64,000 bases of DNA, from assembly GCA_951406725.2 (NCBI GenBank), contig OX597814.1, positions 192,820,001 through 192,884,000 of the forward strand, read 5' to 3'. Source of the stretch: Octopus vulgaris. Its lineage: Eukaryota. Positions 12,721 through 25,462 of the stretch are shown one piece after another (positions within the stretch are counted from its first letter, which is position 1; every line of letters begins with the position of its first letter). The notes below the pieces were generated by a model that was not told where the DNA came from, made no database searches, and saw nothing but the letters and a program-made list of their open reading frames with translations. A program made the position numbers and the translations under genes.

Positions 12721-13448
12721 TCATCAATAAAATTCAGAAAGATACCCGATTCTAGATTAATACTTTGAAGTTTTACTATATCAGTAATATGTTCGCTTCG
12801 AAGTAACCAAGATAAACTAAACTGCAAGCTCACAATTCTTTTCTACTCTAGGTACAAGGCCCGAAAGTTTGTTGGGGAGGGGGCCGGTCGATTAGATCGA
12901 CCCCCGTATGCAACTGGTACTACGTTCGAGAATGGACTGGGAACGGACAGCGATACAAAGCCTTACGAGTGGATTTGGTAGACGCAAAATGAAAGAAGCC
13001 CGTCGTAAATATATGTATATATATATTTATGTCTACGTGTGTTTGTGTCTGTGTTTGTCCCCTCATTACCTCTTGATAACCGGTGTTGGTGTGTTTACGT
13101 CCCGGTAACCAAGCGGTTCGGCAAAAGAGACCGATAGAATAAGTACCAGGATTCCAAAGAATAAGTCCTGGGGTCGATTTGCTCGACTAAAGACGGTGCT
13201 CCAGCATGGCCGCAGTCAAATGACTGAAACAAGTAAAAAAAAAGATAAAAAAAGATATTTTCATATATGAAGATGAAGCTGCGGAACTTGCTCCACATTA
13301 TATGATGAGCCTTGTGATGGCGAAACTTGATGTGGCGAAAATACATACATCTATACGTGTCTGCGTGTTTGTGAGCGACACATATGTTTTATGTGTAGTA
13401 TAGCAAGAACTAAGTACAATTACTCGCACATCTATTGTTTTGCAATGG

Positions 13449-13851
13449 GGAACTTTTCGGTTTGAACGGCAGTTTTTTCTAGCGATGTCACATGAAATAG
13501 TCACCCATAATTATGACCCTAGTATCGATCTATTGCATTTCAATCTATTTTAGGGTTAGGGTTGGTTAGGGTTATGGGTGGGGGGAAGGGTATCTTTTTT
13601 TCTTCACAAATGTAAATAAACCCAATCTGTTTCTTAAACGAAGGACATATTCATACGGTACAGAATGTTGTTTACCCCCAATGAACGTCATTGATTGGTT
13701 GAAATTTCAGAAATTGAAGGAAAAAAAAACAACAAATATCTTACAAACTATAGAATTTTCTCAATAAAGCCATCTACCAGTATACGAAGTTTAAAATTTT
13801 TTAGTTACCTAGAAATTATGTTAAAAACTGTCGTTCAAACCGAAAAGATCC
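13449..13851. mobile_element. Same MITE, copy 4
   Basis: Both TIRs present; flanks TGCAATGG / GACAATAG may be a decayed 8-bp TSD. Confidence 0.85.
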
Positions 13852-14893
13852 GACAATAGGGAAGTATTATACAGCAAGATAAAAAAGGAAGTTTAAGAAA
13901 TAGTGTATCAGGGGAACTGGTATTTATATTTAAAACGTTTGTATTACTGAAGAAACACTACTCGCAATATTCCAGGACTTGTTTAACCCTGAGGCACAGA
14001 ATAAATTGGAATTGAAAATAAGAAATATCAAAAATATAAGAAAATACGAAAACCACTATAGAACATCTCAAAGATATACCTTTAAAGTTATTGTCATAAT
14101 TGTATTGGAGTTGTATTGGATTTTTATTTTTATCCGTCACAGACCAATTAAATTGACAGTTGTCTAACATCCATCAGAATATAATTGTTTACCAACGATA
14201 TATTTATATAGAAATTCATTTCTTTTTCCTTAGAAAATACACTGTACATATAAAAGACTTTCAAATAAAGATAATGTAAGTTTATTCATCGACTACATTT
14301 TCCTCCAGTGAACACGAGTAAAACAGTATGAATTATTGAATACCAACAAGAATTAATGATAAAATATTTTGAAATGTCTTCTTCTCGCTATTGACATATT
14401 TATTTCGATTGAAGTTTTATTACTAATTATAGTTATCATCAAAATTCAGTTGAATAATAATTGCTTCGTGATGGACGGTTTTAGATATTTTCAAACTGTT
14501 AATTGAAATAGAAAAAGAATTAAATGAAACCCATACAAGTGGGGATTTGGAAATAATAACAGAACAGCAGGAAAATACAAAGAAAATTGCTATTGTTATT
14601 TAATAAAGTAATTAAATACAACAATCATAATTTTATTTGTATATTTAAATTATTTTGTTGAAGTATTTTTTTAGTAGATGAAGCTGTCAAATAATAGTTT
14701 TACTTAAATGAAAGTTAACATGGGACACAGGAACCATACTTTTTCATTTATTTAGAGCGAAATGCACAGTCACTTGCTTGAGCTATTTCGATCAGGAGTA
14801 TCCATAAATGGGTGATAAAACCTATTATCTTTGGAACGTGACATCCATACTGCAGTGCAAGTTAACTTTATGGCTGCAGGTATGACTGTGTTA

Positions 14894-15657
14894 AGGCGGC
14901 GAGCTGGCAGAAACGGTAGCACGCCGGGCGAAATGTGTAGCCGCATTGCGTCTGCCGCTACGTTCTGAGTTCAAATTCCGCCGAGGTCGACTTTGCCTTT
15001 CATCCTTTCGGGATCGATAAATTAAGTACCAGTTACGCACTGGGGTCGATGTAATCGACTTAATCCCTTTGTCTGTCCTCTCTGTGTTTAGCCCTTGTGG
15101 GTAGTAAAGAAATAGGTATTTCGTCTGCCGCTACGTTCTGAGTTCAAATTCTGCCGAGGTCGACTTTGCCTTTCATCCTTTCGGGATCGATAAATTAAGT
15201 ACCAGTTACGCACTGGGGTCGATGTAATCGACTTAATCCCTTTGTCTGTCCTCTCTGTGTTTAGCCCTTGTGGGTAGTAAAGAAATAGGTATTTCGTCTG
15301 CCGCTACGTTCTGAGTTCAAATTCTGCCGAGGTCGACTTTGCCTTTCATTCTTTCGGGATCAATAAATTAAGTACCAGTTACGCACTGGGGTCGATGTAA
15401 TCGACATAATCCGTTTGTCTGTCCTAGTTTCTCCCCTATGTGTTTAGCCCCTTGTGGATAGTAAAAAAATAGGTATTTCGCCTGCTGTTACGGTCTGTGT
15501 TCAAATTCCGCCGAGGTCGACTTTGTCTTTCATCCTTTCGGGGTCGATAAATTAAGTACCAGTTACGCACTGGGGTCGATGTAATCGACTTATTTCGTTT
15601 GTCTGTCCTTGTTTGTCCCCTATGTGTTTAGCCCCTTGTGGGTAGTAAAGAAATAGG
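14894..15657 (+). repeat. SINE A followed by three tandem copies of its 3' ~175-185 bp
   Basis: Units restart at GTATTTCG (~15116, 15289, 15473); GGTATGACTGTGTT occurs on both flanks. Confidence 0.9.
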
Positions 15658-16463
15658 TATGACTGTGTTGTTAAGAAATTCTCTTCGCAACTATTCAATT
15701 TCAGTATTTAATCACACTGCACGGCACCTTGGGTAAGTGCCGTTTAACATAATCTCAGGTTGACCAAAGCCTTGTTAATAGAATTTTGTAGGGAGAAACT
15801 CGCCAGGGAAGCAGTTCCTGTTTTTTAGATTGAAAAATTAATTCGTCAATTGGTTTAATACCACCACCTGATCTTAATAAAAATAAAAATAGAATAAAAA
15901 TAAGACATAAGTGGAAATTTTACCGGTGAGTGTGTTACATTATAAGGCACAAAAAGAAAATGACTCTCCCCAGACACAACAGAATTTGAAAATACATCAT
16001 TTAAAACCAAATATAAAAATTCCGCAAGAACTTTCTTGACAACCTAATAATACATACATACATACATACATAGTATAGGAGCACTCCGTCGGTTACGACG
16101 ATGAGGGTCCCAGCTGATACAATCAACGGAATAGCTTGCTCGTGGAATTAACGTGCAAGTGGCTGAGCATTCCACAGACACGTGTACCCTTAACGTAGTT
16201 CTCGGGGATATTCAGCGTGACACAGAGAGTGACAAGGCTGGCCCTTTGAAATACAGGTACAACAGAAACAGGAAGAAAGAGTGAGAGAAAGTTGTGGTGA
16301 AAGAGTACAGCAGGGTTCGTCACCACCCCCTGCAGGAGCCTTGTGAAGCTTTAGGTGTTTTCGCTCAATAAACACTCACAATGCCCGGTCTGGGAATCGA
16401 AACCGCGATCCTACGACCGCGAGTCCGCTGCCCTAACCACTGGGCCATTGCGCCTCCACACAT

Positions 16464-16525
<62 letters not shown>

Positions 16526-18844
16526 ACGCACACACACATATGGTGATTGGTTCATTTCACAGTTGATTTCCGTTTGCGTGTGCATCCTCAATGGCATTTA
16601 AGACTTTCCATTAATGACCTCTCAGATGACTATTCAGCGCTGCTGAAGATCTGCATGGTTTGGAGTATACTTACTGTATGCTCCCAGCTGGTTAGGTCTG
16701 CACATGTCACCACTAATTCTATTGCTATAGGACTTTCAGTTGATGGGATGAAAAACGCGGTTACCATAAAGAGACATTTCTTATACCACTGCATTATAGT
16801 GTTAAACGCTTGTAGAGCACAAATCCCATTCTCTGAAACACTGTGATTAGTATCTAGTGACATGCTGAAGAGAGATGAGCAGTGAAACCGCAGGTTTTAC
16901 ATCAGATTATCTTTCTAGAAGGATGTTGGGACAACAGCTAGGAGTCCCTCACTCTCGGCGGTTTTAGTGCGCGCCCTGACACCAACCAAACATATTTCTT
17001 CGCTTCCGCACTCAGATGGAATGTTATCACATATGTAAGTTAACTTACAGCTGGGAAAGTGAAAGGTAATAACTTCAATTAATTCACAGTCTTAGTTTGC
17101 TTGGATTTCTTGCTCTATAGCATTCACTAAGGACGTCTAAGGATGTACAACAATACAATACTGTTTGAATCATACAACCGTAATATAAGAAGTACAAGAA
17201 ACATGTATAAAGCCATTATGAAGAGAATACAGGTATCTATAAGAAAATAGTAGTGGCCTATTACTTATGTACGCCTTGTTCGTGTTGTCTGGCTCCAGGC
17301 TAGCCTTGATCAAGTTGATCTATAATCAAAGACGCAATTGTATCCATACTGTATAATTCGTCAGATAAAAATGTATCAAAGGTATTGTTCAATGTTTCAT
17401 CTTATTCAAATGGTTAGACAATAGAGTATGATTTGAGAAGTATTTGATTGTAATTTCTGACACGAAGAGCGACTACATAGAGGTCACTTTTTTGACTCAT
17501 TTTGTACATGTACATCGATAGAATTGGCAGTGTGTCTTCATCTATCTCTATTTGTCTGTTCCCTAAAGGAAGTTAACTCTGATATTCCTGAATTTATCTC
17601 TTATTGGCTCCTGTATATTTATTAGAGTGTTGAGAACTTACTTTTGTGACTATTGGTAATATCAAATAACCTTACATCTATAATTAATTGATAGTTAAAC
17701 AGTAGTATTGTTATTAATAGCATATATTTATCATAAATAAACAAATGAGTAATTCATTTCATTCTATTTTATTTTAATCTAATTTAATATGTTTTACTTT
17801 GGAAAGTAGTATTCATTCCATTATTTTCAATAAACACCATAAAATTTGAAAAAATTATAATCATTCCATCTATGTAACATTACTTACAGTGGCGAAATAA
17901 TATTTTCTAACGTTACCAATACGACAAGTAAAAATTCTTGTGAAAATAAACTTTCACAATACTTAGTTTCACCGATGTTTGTAGCACGTATATTTTAAGA
18001 TGGTCAAACTGACTCAACCAAGATGGAACAATATATGATTGATGTTTCTTAGTTTATAGGTTTTAATACCATAAATAATACTTTAAAAAAGAATAAAAGC
18101 GACTGTAAAATATTAATGGCACTAGAAACATCTTAATAGCTTAACCTTAGTATCCTTATTCGTTTCTTTTCATTTTCTCTTATCGGTCGATCTAATTAGA
18201 CTATCCTCATCTCTATTTCTCCAGAATATTGTGAAATTATTTTTGTTTGTCTATATCATATATGTTTTGTAAATTCACATGTTTTGTTTTTTAATTTTGC
18301 ACTTTTCTTGACCTTCAAAACCTTTTTATCTGAAAGATCGCGTTTCAGATTTGGGTAATTTAACTCGTATAAATATATACACTCGCATATTAGTGTGTGC
18401 ATACACATTAGACACACGCATGCGTAAAACAAGTAATTGCGAGTATAATTGAAATATGAGGATTTTTGTTGATTAGAATATCTGAAAAAGAAAAATCTCA
18501 AATTTATTTGCTATTAATGTAATGTTCTGACTAAGAATTAAGTCCTCGAATCTTTTTATATAAACTTTTACAGCTTTATATAACGAAACGAAATGCTTTT
18601 TTTTTAAATCAATTTTTCCGAGACAGGAAGGATATTTTATGAGATTGATTACTCCAAAAGGTTCATTGAAGAGAATTAAAATTTCCGTCTTGTCTTTTAT
18701 TTAACTCTTTACGGGCTTGTTTTTGTATTCATTGGGCGACAACAACGGTATAAAAAAGTATACTTATAGGTTTTACATACAATATAGTACCTTTTGACAT
18801 CTGAAGTCGTATATATAAGGCTCCTTTTAAGAAGAACAAGAATC

Positions 18845-19299
18845 GGATCTTTTCGGTTTGAACGGCAGTTTTTTCTAGCGGTGTCATATGAAATTGTCAC
18901 TCATAATTATGACCCTAGTATCGATCTATTGCATTTCAATCTGTTTTAGGGTTAGCGTTAGTTAGGATTGGTTAGGGTTAGGGCTAGGGGTGGGGAGAAG
19001 GGTATCTTTTTTCTTCAGAAATGTAAATAAGCCCAATCTGTTTCTTAAACGAGGGACATATTCATACAGCACAGAATGTTTCTTACTTCAATAGACGTCA
19101 GTGATTGGTTGAAATTGCGGAAATTGAAGAAAAAAACAACAAATATCTTACAAACTATAGAATTTTCTCAATAAAGCCAAGAGAAAAATATGTTTTATAA
19201 ACACATTCTACCAAGTTCTAACACATTCTATACGAAGTTTAAATTTTTTTAGTTACCTAGAAATTACGTTAAAAACTGCCGTTCAAACCGAAAAGATCC
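18845..19299. mobile_element. Same MITE, copy 5, with 8-bp TSD (Merlin- or hAT-like)
   Basis: TIRs intact; TSD CAAGAATC at 18837-18844 and 19300-19307. GG termini with an 8-bp TSD fit Merlin (inference). Confidence 0.9.
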
Positions 19300-20254
19300 C
19301 AAGAATCAAACATAATTAAGTCATGTTATTACCTACACATCTGAGAGAAACCAAATAATTATAAAACTATTGTGTGCAAGGAAAGCTGCGGTTACAGTGG
19401 TATTGTTCTTATACGACGATTTTGTCACTTTCAGTCATTCAATATCCATCGTATATCATCGCTGATTCAGTCATTATCTTTTCGAGTAACGATGTAATGC
19501 TTAGAGCAGCATTTCCATCAGTTTGATTCCAAAGAATAACATCTGTCAATGAAAATTCAGAGAGCTGAATTTCACCATCAAGAATCGTAACTCATTCAGC
19601 TGGGAGTATGCCATGCGAATCACATTACAAAGATTTATGTAATTGGAGAAATGTTATCTTTCGTAAAAGATTGCCGTATTCCGAACGTTCTTAATACAAA
19701 GGGAAAGTTAGTTAAAACAAAGAAAGAAATAGTTAAGCAATAGAATTTTCGTTAGGATTTACATATTCAAACAGCAAGAGGGAATATGAACAAGTCTCAT
19801 TTTTTTACCAAGAGTTCCTGAGAAATAACTGTTACTATGTGCTCAGTTTTTAATAAAAGAGCCTTCAAATACTAGTAATTTTAAAGGGGTAACTTTTATA
19901 TAGAAACTGGACAATACAAACCACACTAAGTTCTTTAGGACTTGCACAAGTATTTAGTTTTGAGATTAAACACATTTTTTTCAATAGGAATTGAAATTAC
20001 TTGAGATTCAATAAGCTTTTTGCATCATTGCAAATTGGATGAGATGCAGTAAATACTGGGATTTCTCTGAAGAAATTTGTTTTTCTTTACTTGCTTGCAT
20101 TGCAGCAGTCAAGTTTCTATAAATCACAGTCTTTAAGATCTTTCTCATGATTGCAGATAAGGACTATCTCAAGGTCTGATCAGTCAGTCACTCATAATTC
20201 GTTACAAACCGAGTAGTTTGAGAGAAATCGTAAGTCCCTTAATTAAAATTCATT

Positions 20255-20701
20255 TCTTTTACTCTTTTACTCTTTTACATGTTTCAGTCATTTGACTGCA
20301 GCCATGCTGGAGCACCGCCTTTAGTCGAGCAAATCGACCCCGGGACATATTCTTTGTAAGCCCAGTACTTATTCTATCAGTCTCTTTTTGCTACCGAGCC
20401 GCTAAGTTACGGGGACGTAAACACACCAGCATCGGTTGTCAAGCAATGCTAGGGGGACAAACACAGACACACAAACATATACACACACACATATATATAT
20501 TTACATATATACGACGGGCTTCTTTCAGTTTCCGTCTACCAAATCCACTCACAAGGATTTGGTCGGTCCGAGGCTATAGCAGAAGACACTTTCCCAAGAT
20601 GCCTCGCATTGGGACTGAACCCGGAACCATGTGGTTGGTAAGCAAGCTACGTACCACACAGCCACTCATGCGCCTTCATACATATAAAAAGAAATATACT
20701 T

Positions 20702-20760
<59 letters not shown>

Positions 20761-20952
20761 TACGACGGGCTTCTTTCAGTTTCCGTCTACCAAATCCACT
20801 CACAAGGCTTTGGTTGGCCCGAGGCTATAGTAGAAGACACTTGCCCAAGATGCCTCGCATAGGGACTGAACCCGGAACCATGTGGTTGGTAAGCAAGCTA
20901 CGTACCACACAGCCACTCATGCGCCTTCATACATATAAAAAGAAATATACTT

Positions 20953-20999
<47 letters not shown>

Positions 21000-21166
21000 T
21001 ACGACGGGCTTCTTTCAGTTTCCGTCTACCAAATCCACTCACAAGGCTTTGGTTGGCCCGAGGCTATAGTAGAAGACACTTGCCCAAGATGCCTCGCATT
21101 GGGACTGAACCCGGAACCATGTGGTTGGCAAGCAAGCTACTTACCACACAGCCACTCCTGCGCCTT
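20255..21166 (-). repeat. SINE B with a tandemly triplicated ~245 bp head region
   Basis: Three near-identical heads (~20510, 20761, 21001); shared spacer CTTCATACATATAAAAAGAAATATAC. Confidence 0.9.
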
Positions 21167-22487
21167 TGTTTAAATACAATACACCAAACCTATGAATAAT
21201 ATGAAACGAGCCTGACTCCTGGTTTGCATCGAACATCCCATCTCCCTTTCTAAATAATCGTCTGGTCTCACTGCTATGAGTTATACATGACAGAGCAATT
21301 GCATTCGCACTTTAAAGCAAGAACTTTTCTGAAAGACTCCACTGCAAGGAAAATTGGCACTCAATACTTCATCGGGATGGCATCGAAATTATTGATAGTT
21401 GACAGATAATGAGGTGATAGAAGTATTTTATAATCAAGTCATCCACATGATTTAATGATAAAATAACACTATTGCTTGTGTTGTACGAAAGTGTATTGAT
21501 TTCAGGAACAAGTGTTGAGAAGCTAATGTGTTTTGATGTTATTTTAGATTTCTTTCCCTTCGGCATTGCGTTGCTATAGCAATATTAAAGCAGCAGCTTC
21601 CTATTTCTTTCGTGACCATTCTTGTATCGATGATGGCATTCAGGACATATTAGAAATTAGTTTCCATTTGCTTGAAAATTGCTATTTCCCCCCACCTCCC
21701 TCTCCACATGATGTAGTTAAGATAATAGCAAAATTATTTCTCCAGTTCGAAGACATGACAAGTCACGGAACCAGAATAATTCTAAATCAACAAAGAGGAA
21801 AATAATATTCCTAGTTTATCTGACAAAATAAATACTGCCATATTTCTTTAATACTATATAATCTCCTATTCTCAAATGGTTTCAACGTATAGCATTTTTC
21901 TTTCTAATTTTTCTCCTTCAATTCAATATTTTATTTTTATCGATAGAATGCGAAAAAGCAGAATCTCATTTTTATCTTATCATTTTGATAATACTTTACC
22001 CCTTTAATATGTTTGAAACTTGAACTATTCTCAGATCGCTTTATAGTTGTCTCATTTATTATACTACATTAATCCGGGGTGGCAGGAAAGTGTTAGATCC
22101 CAGAATCGTTGGTTTTTAATTTCAGTTTGCGAATAAAGTTTCACTTCTATCAGTAATCATATACCAAACAGTCTGATTAAGCAATTACTAGGATTAACAA
22201 CAAATATATCAATTCAGCAGGAAGTACCTGAGAGTTTATAAATAAATTCTGATTTATATGAAAAGTAGAATATAGGGTCACAATATATATCAGGTACACA
22301 ATCGGAGTTTGAGTAAGGAGTGATGAATCTGCCGTTGATATATATATATATATATTAATAAAAAGAATTCCAACCTTGTCTGATTTTCACGTTTTATTTA
22401 CAATCTTATAATGATATATTATAAGATAATATATTATAATTGAATAAAATAAAATGAAATAGTAGAATGTTAAATATTCATTCTGAT

Positions 22488-22532
22488 TGAACTAGTACTT
22501 TCATGCATTGAATTCTGCAATCTTCGGGTTCA
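22488..22532 (-). ncRNA. Minimal type I hammerhead ribozyme variant in the PLE 3' UTR
   Basis: Minus strand reads TGAAC CCGAAGA TTGCA-GAATTCAA-TGCAT GAAA GTAC TA GTTCA: stem I TGAAC/GTTCA, core CCGAAGA, stem II TGCA/TGCA, GAAA, palindromic stem III AGTACT. Confidence 0.75.
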
Positions 22533-22595
22533 TGTAGTAGTGTTGACAGTCATGCTTCACAATTTTTGACTGTAGCAAGATGAGTGATTCTGTGC

Positions 22596-22709
22596 TATAA
22601 ATACAGCTGGGTAGGCTCCAGAGTGCTAGGTTTTGCAAACTGTATTCTGACCAATCAGTGTGTAGTATCACTCAATTACTTAAGCTGATTGGTTGGTTGA
22701 GCTGATTGG
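22596..22709 (-). promoter_or_regulatory. Putative Pol II promoter in the PLE pLTR (three CCAAT boxes + TATA-like box)
   Basis: CCAATCAG at 22702-22709 and 22685-22692 (minus) and 22651-22658 (plus); TATTTATA at 22596-22603 on the minus strand, ~65 nt upstream of the HHR. Confidence 0.45.
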
Positions 22710-23026
22710 TTTAGGCATCACGCTTTGTTGGACAGGTCAAGAGTCCTGTATCTTGACCCTGGCCGAAGCAGCAATTGTTGGGTTATTTTTAGAAATGTTG
22801 TAAATATCCTTTGTCAGAGATTTTTATATTTTTATATTTCAATTGTCATCATCATCATTGTCAGCACCTTAATTATTGTTGCTAGTGGTGATGGTGGTGG
22901 CAATAGAACTTTTAACCCTAAATAAGATAATTTTCCTGCTATCTTCGTCTTGATCACCTTTAGTATTGTTGTTGTTGTTAGTGGTCATGGTCGTAGCAGT
23001 GGAAGTAATACCTCTAAGTATTATTA

Positions 23027-25462
23027 TTATTGCTTATTTAGCTTGGGTTCGAATTTATCAATAAAATTCTTTTCTCTGATTTTCCTCTCGATTTCACTTG
23101 GGCTGTGTAATTTGTAGAATGGAAATATTATATATATTTTCCGACCACATGTTGCTAGGTGGTTACTCAAAGGTATCTGACGGACCTCTGGGTCTCTAAT
23201 CTGTTGCCGGTGTACACGTGAGCGTTCTAATAGTGCGTTTCCCGTCTGACCTACATATATTTCTTCACAATTTGGGCATTTGATGCAGTAAATTAAATTT
23301 CTGCTTTTGCAGTTCATATTCGCGTTTGTGAATATTTTCCCGGTTTTTGTGTTTATATATTGACCGGTATGTATGAATTGGCATGTGCCACATCGGCTAT
23401 CATTGCATTTAGATACCGTGAATGTTTGGTCTTTGTTGCTGAGGTCAAATTTTGCCTTTGTTAGTAATGTTTTCAAGTTTTTAGGCTGTCTTTTACTAAG
23501 CACCATAGCTCGATCCTTGATTATGTCTTTTAATTCATTACTTTGGGCAATGATTGGTAGGTTTGCTTTGGCAATGTTGAAGATATTCTGGTGACATGGG
23601 TTGTGTGTCACTATGAATGGTATGACTTGTTCTTGTTTTCCTCTTCCTTGGGTTGTCCTAAGTTGTTGTATAGGTATTTTTATAGCCCGCTGTATGCCAT
23701 TTTCTATAAGTAGAGATGGGTATTTTTGTTTGAGCAAAAATTCTCTTAGTTCTATTAGGCGTTTGTTCCTGATATTTGCATCTTCTACAATAGTACAAAT
23801 TCTTCTGGCTAGGCAGTATGGGATGTTACGTTTTGTATGTGGTGGATGGCACGACTTAAAATTTAGGTATTGATGTGTGTCTGTGTGTTTATAGTATATA
23901 TCTGTGGTGATGGTGGTGTCTTTTTTAATTACCATTATATCCAGGAATGGTAATTTGGTACTACTCATCTCCTTTGTAAATTTGAGAGATGGGTGTAGGT
24001 TGTTCAGGAGGATATTGAACTCTTCCAGAGTATTTAGAGATTCTGTCCAGATTATGAAACAGTCGTCTAGGTATCTCTTCCATGCCTTTTCAATATACTT
24101 TCTAAATCCAGTGCCATAGTTTACCTCCACCTCTTGGTAGAGTTGTTCTTCTAAGTATCCCATTACAGAGTTGGCGTAAACGGGAGCAAACCTCGTTCCC
24201 ATCGCCGTGCCTCTAATTTGGATGTAATTCTTTCCATTGAAGAAGAATGTGTTATTTTCTAGAATAAGTTTGACTGTGTCTAATATAAATGGCACTGTGA
24301 ATCTGCTGGGAATCACTTCTCTATGTTTTTCTAACCAGTATTTAATCGCCTTTATTCCTAAATCGTGTGGAATATTGGTGTAGAGGCTTACCACATCAAA
24401 ACTTAGTAAAACTGAATTTGTTTCTGTTGTTTTGGGAAGATGGGACAGGAAGTCGATGTCATCCCTGATGAAACTTGGTATGTAAGTACATAGTGGTTTC
24501 AAAACAATGTCAATAAAATTGCTTAGACGGTGTGTAGGGCATGCTGGACCAGCTATAATAGGTCTAAGTTTTAGGTCTTTTGGATGTAATAATTTTATGT
24601 ACTCACTTTCTTGTTCTTTTACTGCCTGTTGAATGTTTTTTGATTTGTGTATTTTTGGTAAGCCGTAGAAGTTGCTGGGTTTTGGTTCAAAATTGGTGAT
24701 GTAGTCTTTTTCATTATCCGTAAGTGAGTTGTGGTGTGTTGAAATCAGGTTGTTGATCTTTTTCATGATGTGGTGGTCTATATTTGCGGGTATTTCACAA
24801 TAGAAGGTTGTATCCTTCAGTTGGTCTTCAACCAAATCCTTATAGTATTCGGTATCCATAATAACAATTGCACCACCTTTATCTGCTTGTTTAATTATTA
24901 TTGTTTGATCGTTTTGTATACGTTTACATGCAGACATCTCTGATTTGCTAATGTTTGGCCTAACATTGGTATTGCGTCTAAGGGGAAATTTAGACAGGAT
25001 ATCAATGTATTGGTCAAGGTAGTTATTTCTTCCTTTTGGTGGGGTGAAATTTGATTTATTCCTTACTAGGGATTCATCAATCTCATTACTTTTGTTAGCG
25101 AAGAATTCTACAAGTCGTAATTTTCGACAGAATTTTTGGATATCCTCCTTTAATTCTTGGTGGTTGGCTGTTGGTGTAGGTGTGAATTTCAGTCCTTTTG
25201 ACAGAAGTTGGATTTCATCATTGTCAAGATCTCTTTTTGATAAATTATATATATATATATGTATATATTCAAAATGTGAATTATATATATATATATATAT
25301 ATTCAAAATGTGAATGCGTGTGTTGGCGATTTTTTTCATCCGTCTTCCCTTCCTTGGATCTTTCCTTTTCCTATGTTTCTTTCTTTCCTTTCTTGAGCAT
25401 CCAAATAACACTATACTTGTTGCACGTCCCCGCGTTGTTGTGTTTTCTCTTTGTGTTTTCAT
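23027..25462 (-). CDS. Penelope-like element polyprotein (reverse transcriptase + C-terminal GIY-YIG endonuclease), Neptune-like; recognisable PLE part starts ~25250 (IYNLSK...)
   Basis: 811 aa with no stops. RT motifs LSFDVVSLYTNIP, QIRGTAMGTRFAP, WKRYLDDCFIIW, LPFLDIMV; Cys linker CNDSRCGTC; GIY-YIG NLIYCIKCPNCEEIYVGQT...R..H...E...LN. The first ~70 aa derive from microsatellite and an unrelated repeat. Confidence 0.95.
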   Translation of the reverse strand: MKTQRENTTTRGRATSIVLFGCSRKERKKHRKRKDPRKGRRMKKIANTRIHILNIYIYIYNSHFEYIHIYIYNLSKRDLDNDEIQLLSKGLKFTPTPTANHQELKEDIQKFCRKLRLVEFFANKSNEIDESLVRNKSNFTPPKGRNNYLDQYIDILSKFPLRRNTNVRPNISKSEMSACKRIQNDQTIIIKQADKGGAIVIMDTEYYKDLVEDQLKDTTFYCEIPANIDHHIMKKINNLISTHHNSLTDNEKDYITNFEPKPSNFYGLPKIHKSKNIQQAVKEQESEYIKLLHPKDLKLRPIIAGPACPTHRLSNFIDIVLKPLCTYIPSFIRDDIDFLSHLPKTTETNSVLLSFDVVSLYTNIPHDLGIKAIKYWLEKHREVIPSRFTVPFILDTVKLILENNTFFFNGKNYIQIRGTAMGTRFAPVYANSVMGYLEEQLYQEVEVNYGTGFRKYIEKAWKRYLDDCFIIWTESLNTLEEFNILLNNLHPSLKFTKEMSSTKLPFLDIMVIKKDTTITTDIYYKHTDTHQYLNFKSCHPPHTKRNIPYCLARRICTIVEDANIRNKRLIELREFLLKQKYPSLLIENGIQRAIKIPIQQLRTTQGRGKQEQVIPFIVTHNPCHQNIFNIAKANLPIIAQSNELKDIIKDRAMVLSKRQPKNLKTLLTKAKFDLSNKDQTFTVSKCNDSRCGTCQFIHTGQYINTKTGKIFTNANMNCKSRNLIYCIKCPNCEEIYVGQTGNALLERSRVHRQQIRDPEVRQIPLSNHLATCGRKIYIIFPFYKLHSPSEIERKIREKNFIDKFEPKLNKQ

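Larger units (their letters stand above)
22356..25245 (-). mobile_element. Penelope-like retroelement, apparently 5'-truncated, with ~670 bp 3' UTR/pLTR, inserted in (TA)n
   Basis: PLE ORF plus downstream region containing an HHR and CCAAT/TATA motifs; (TA)n tracts at both ends (22338-22355 and ~25245-25260). Confidence 0.85.
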
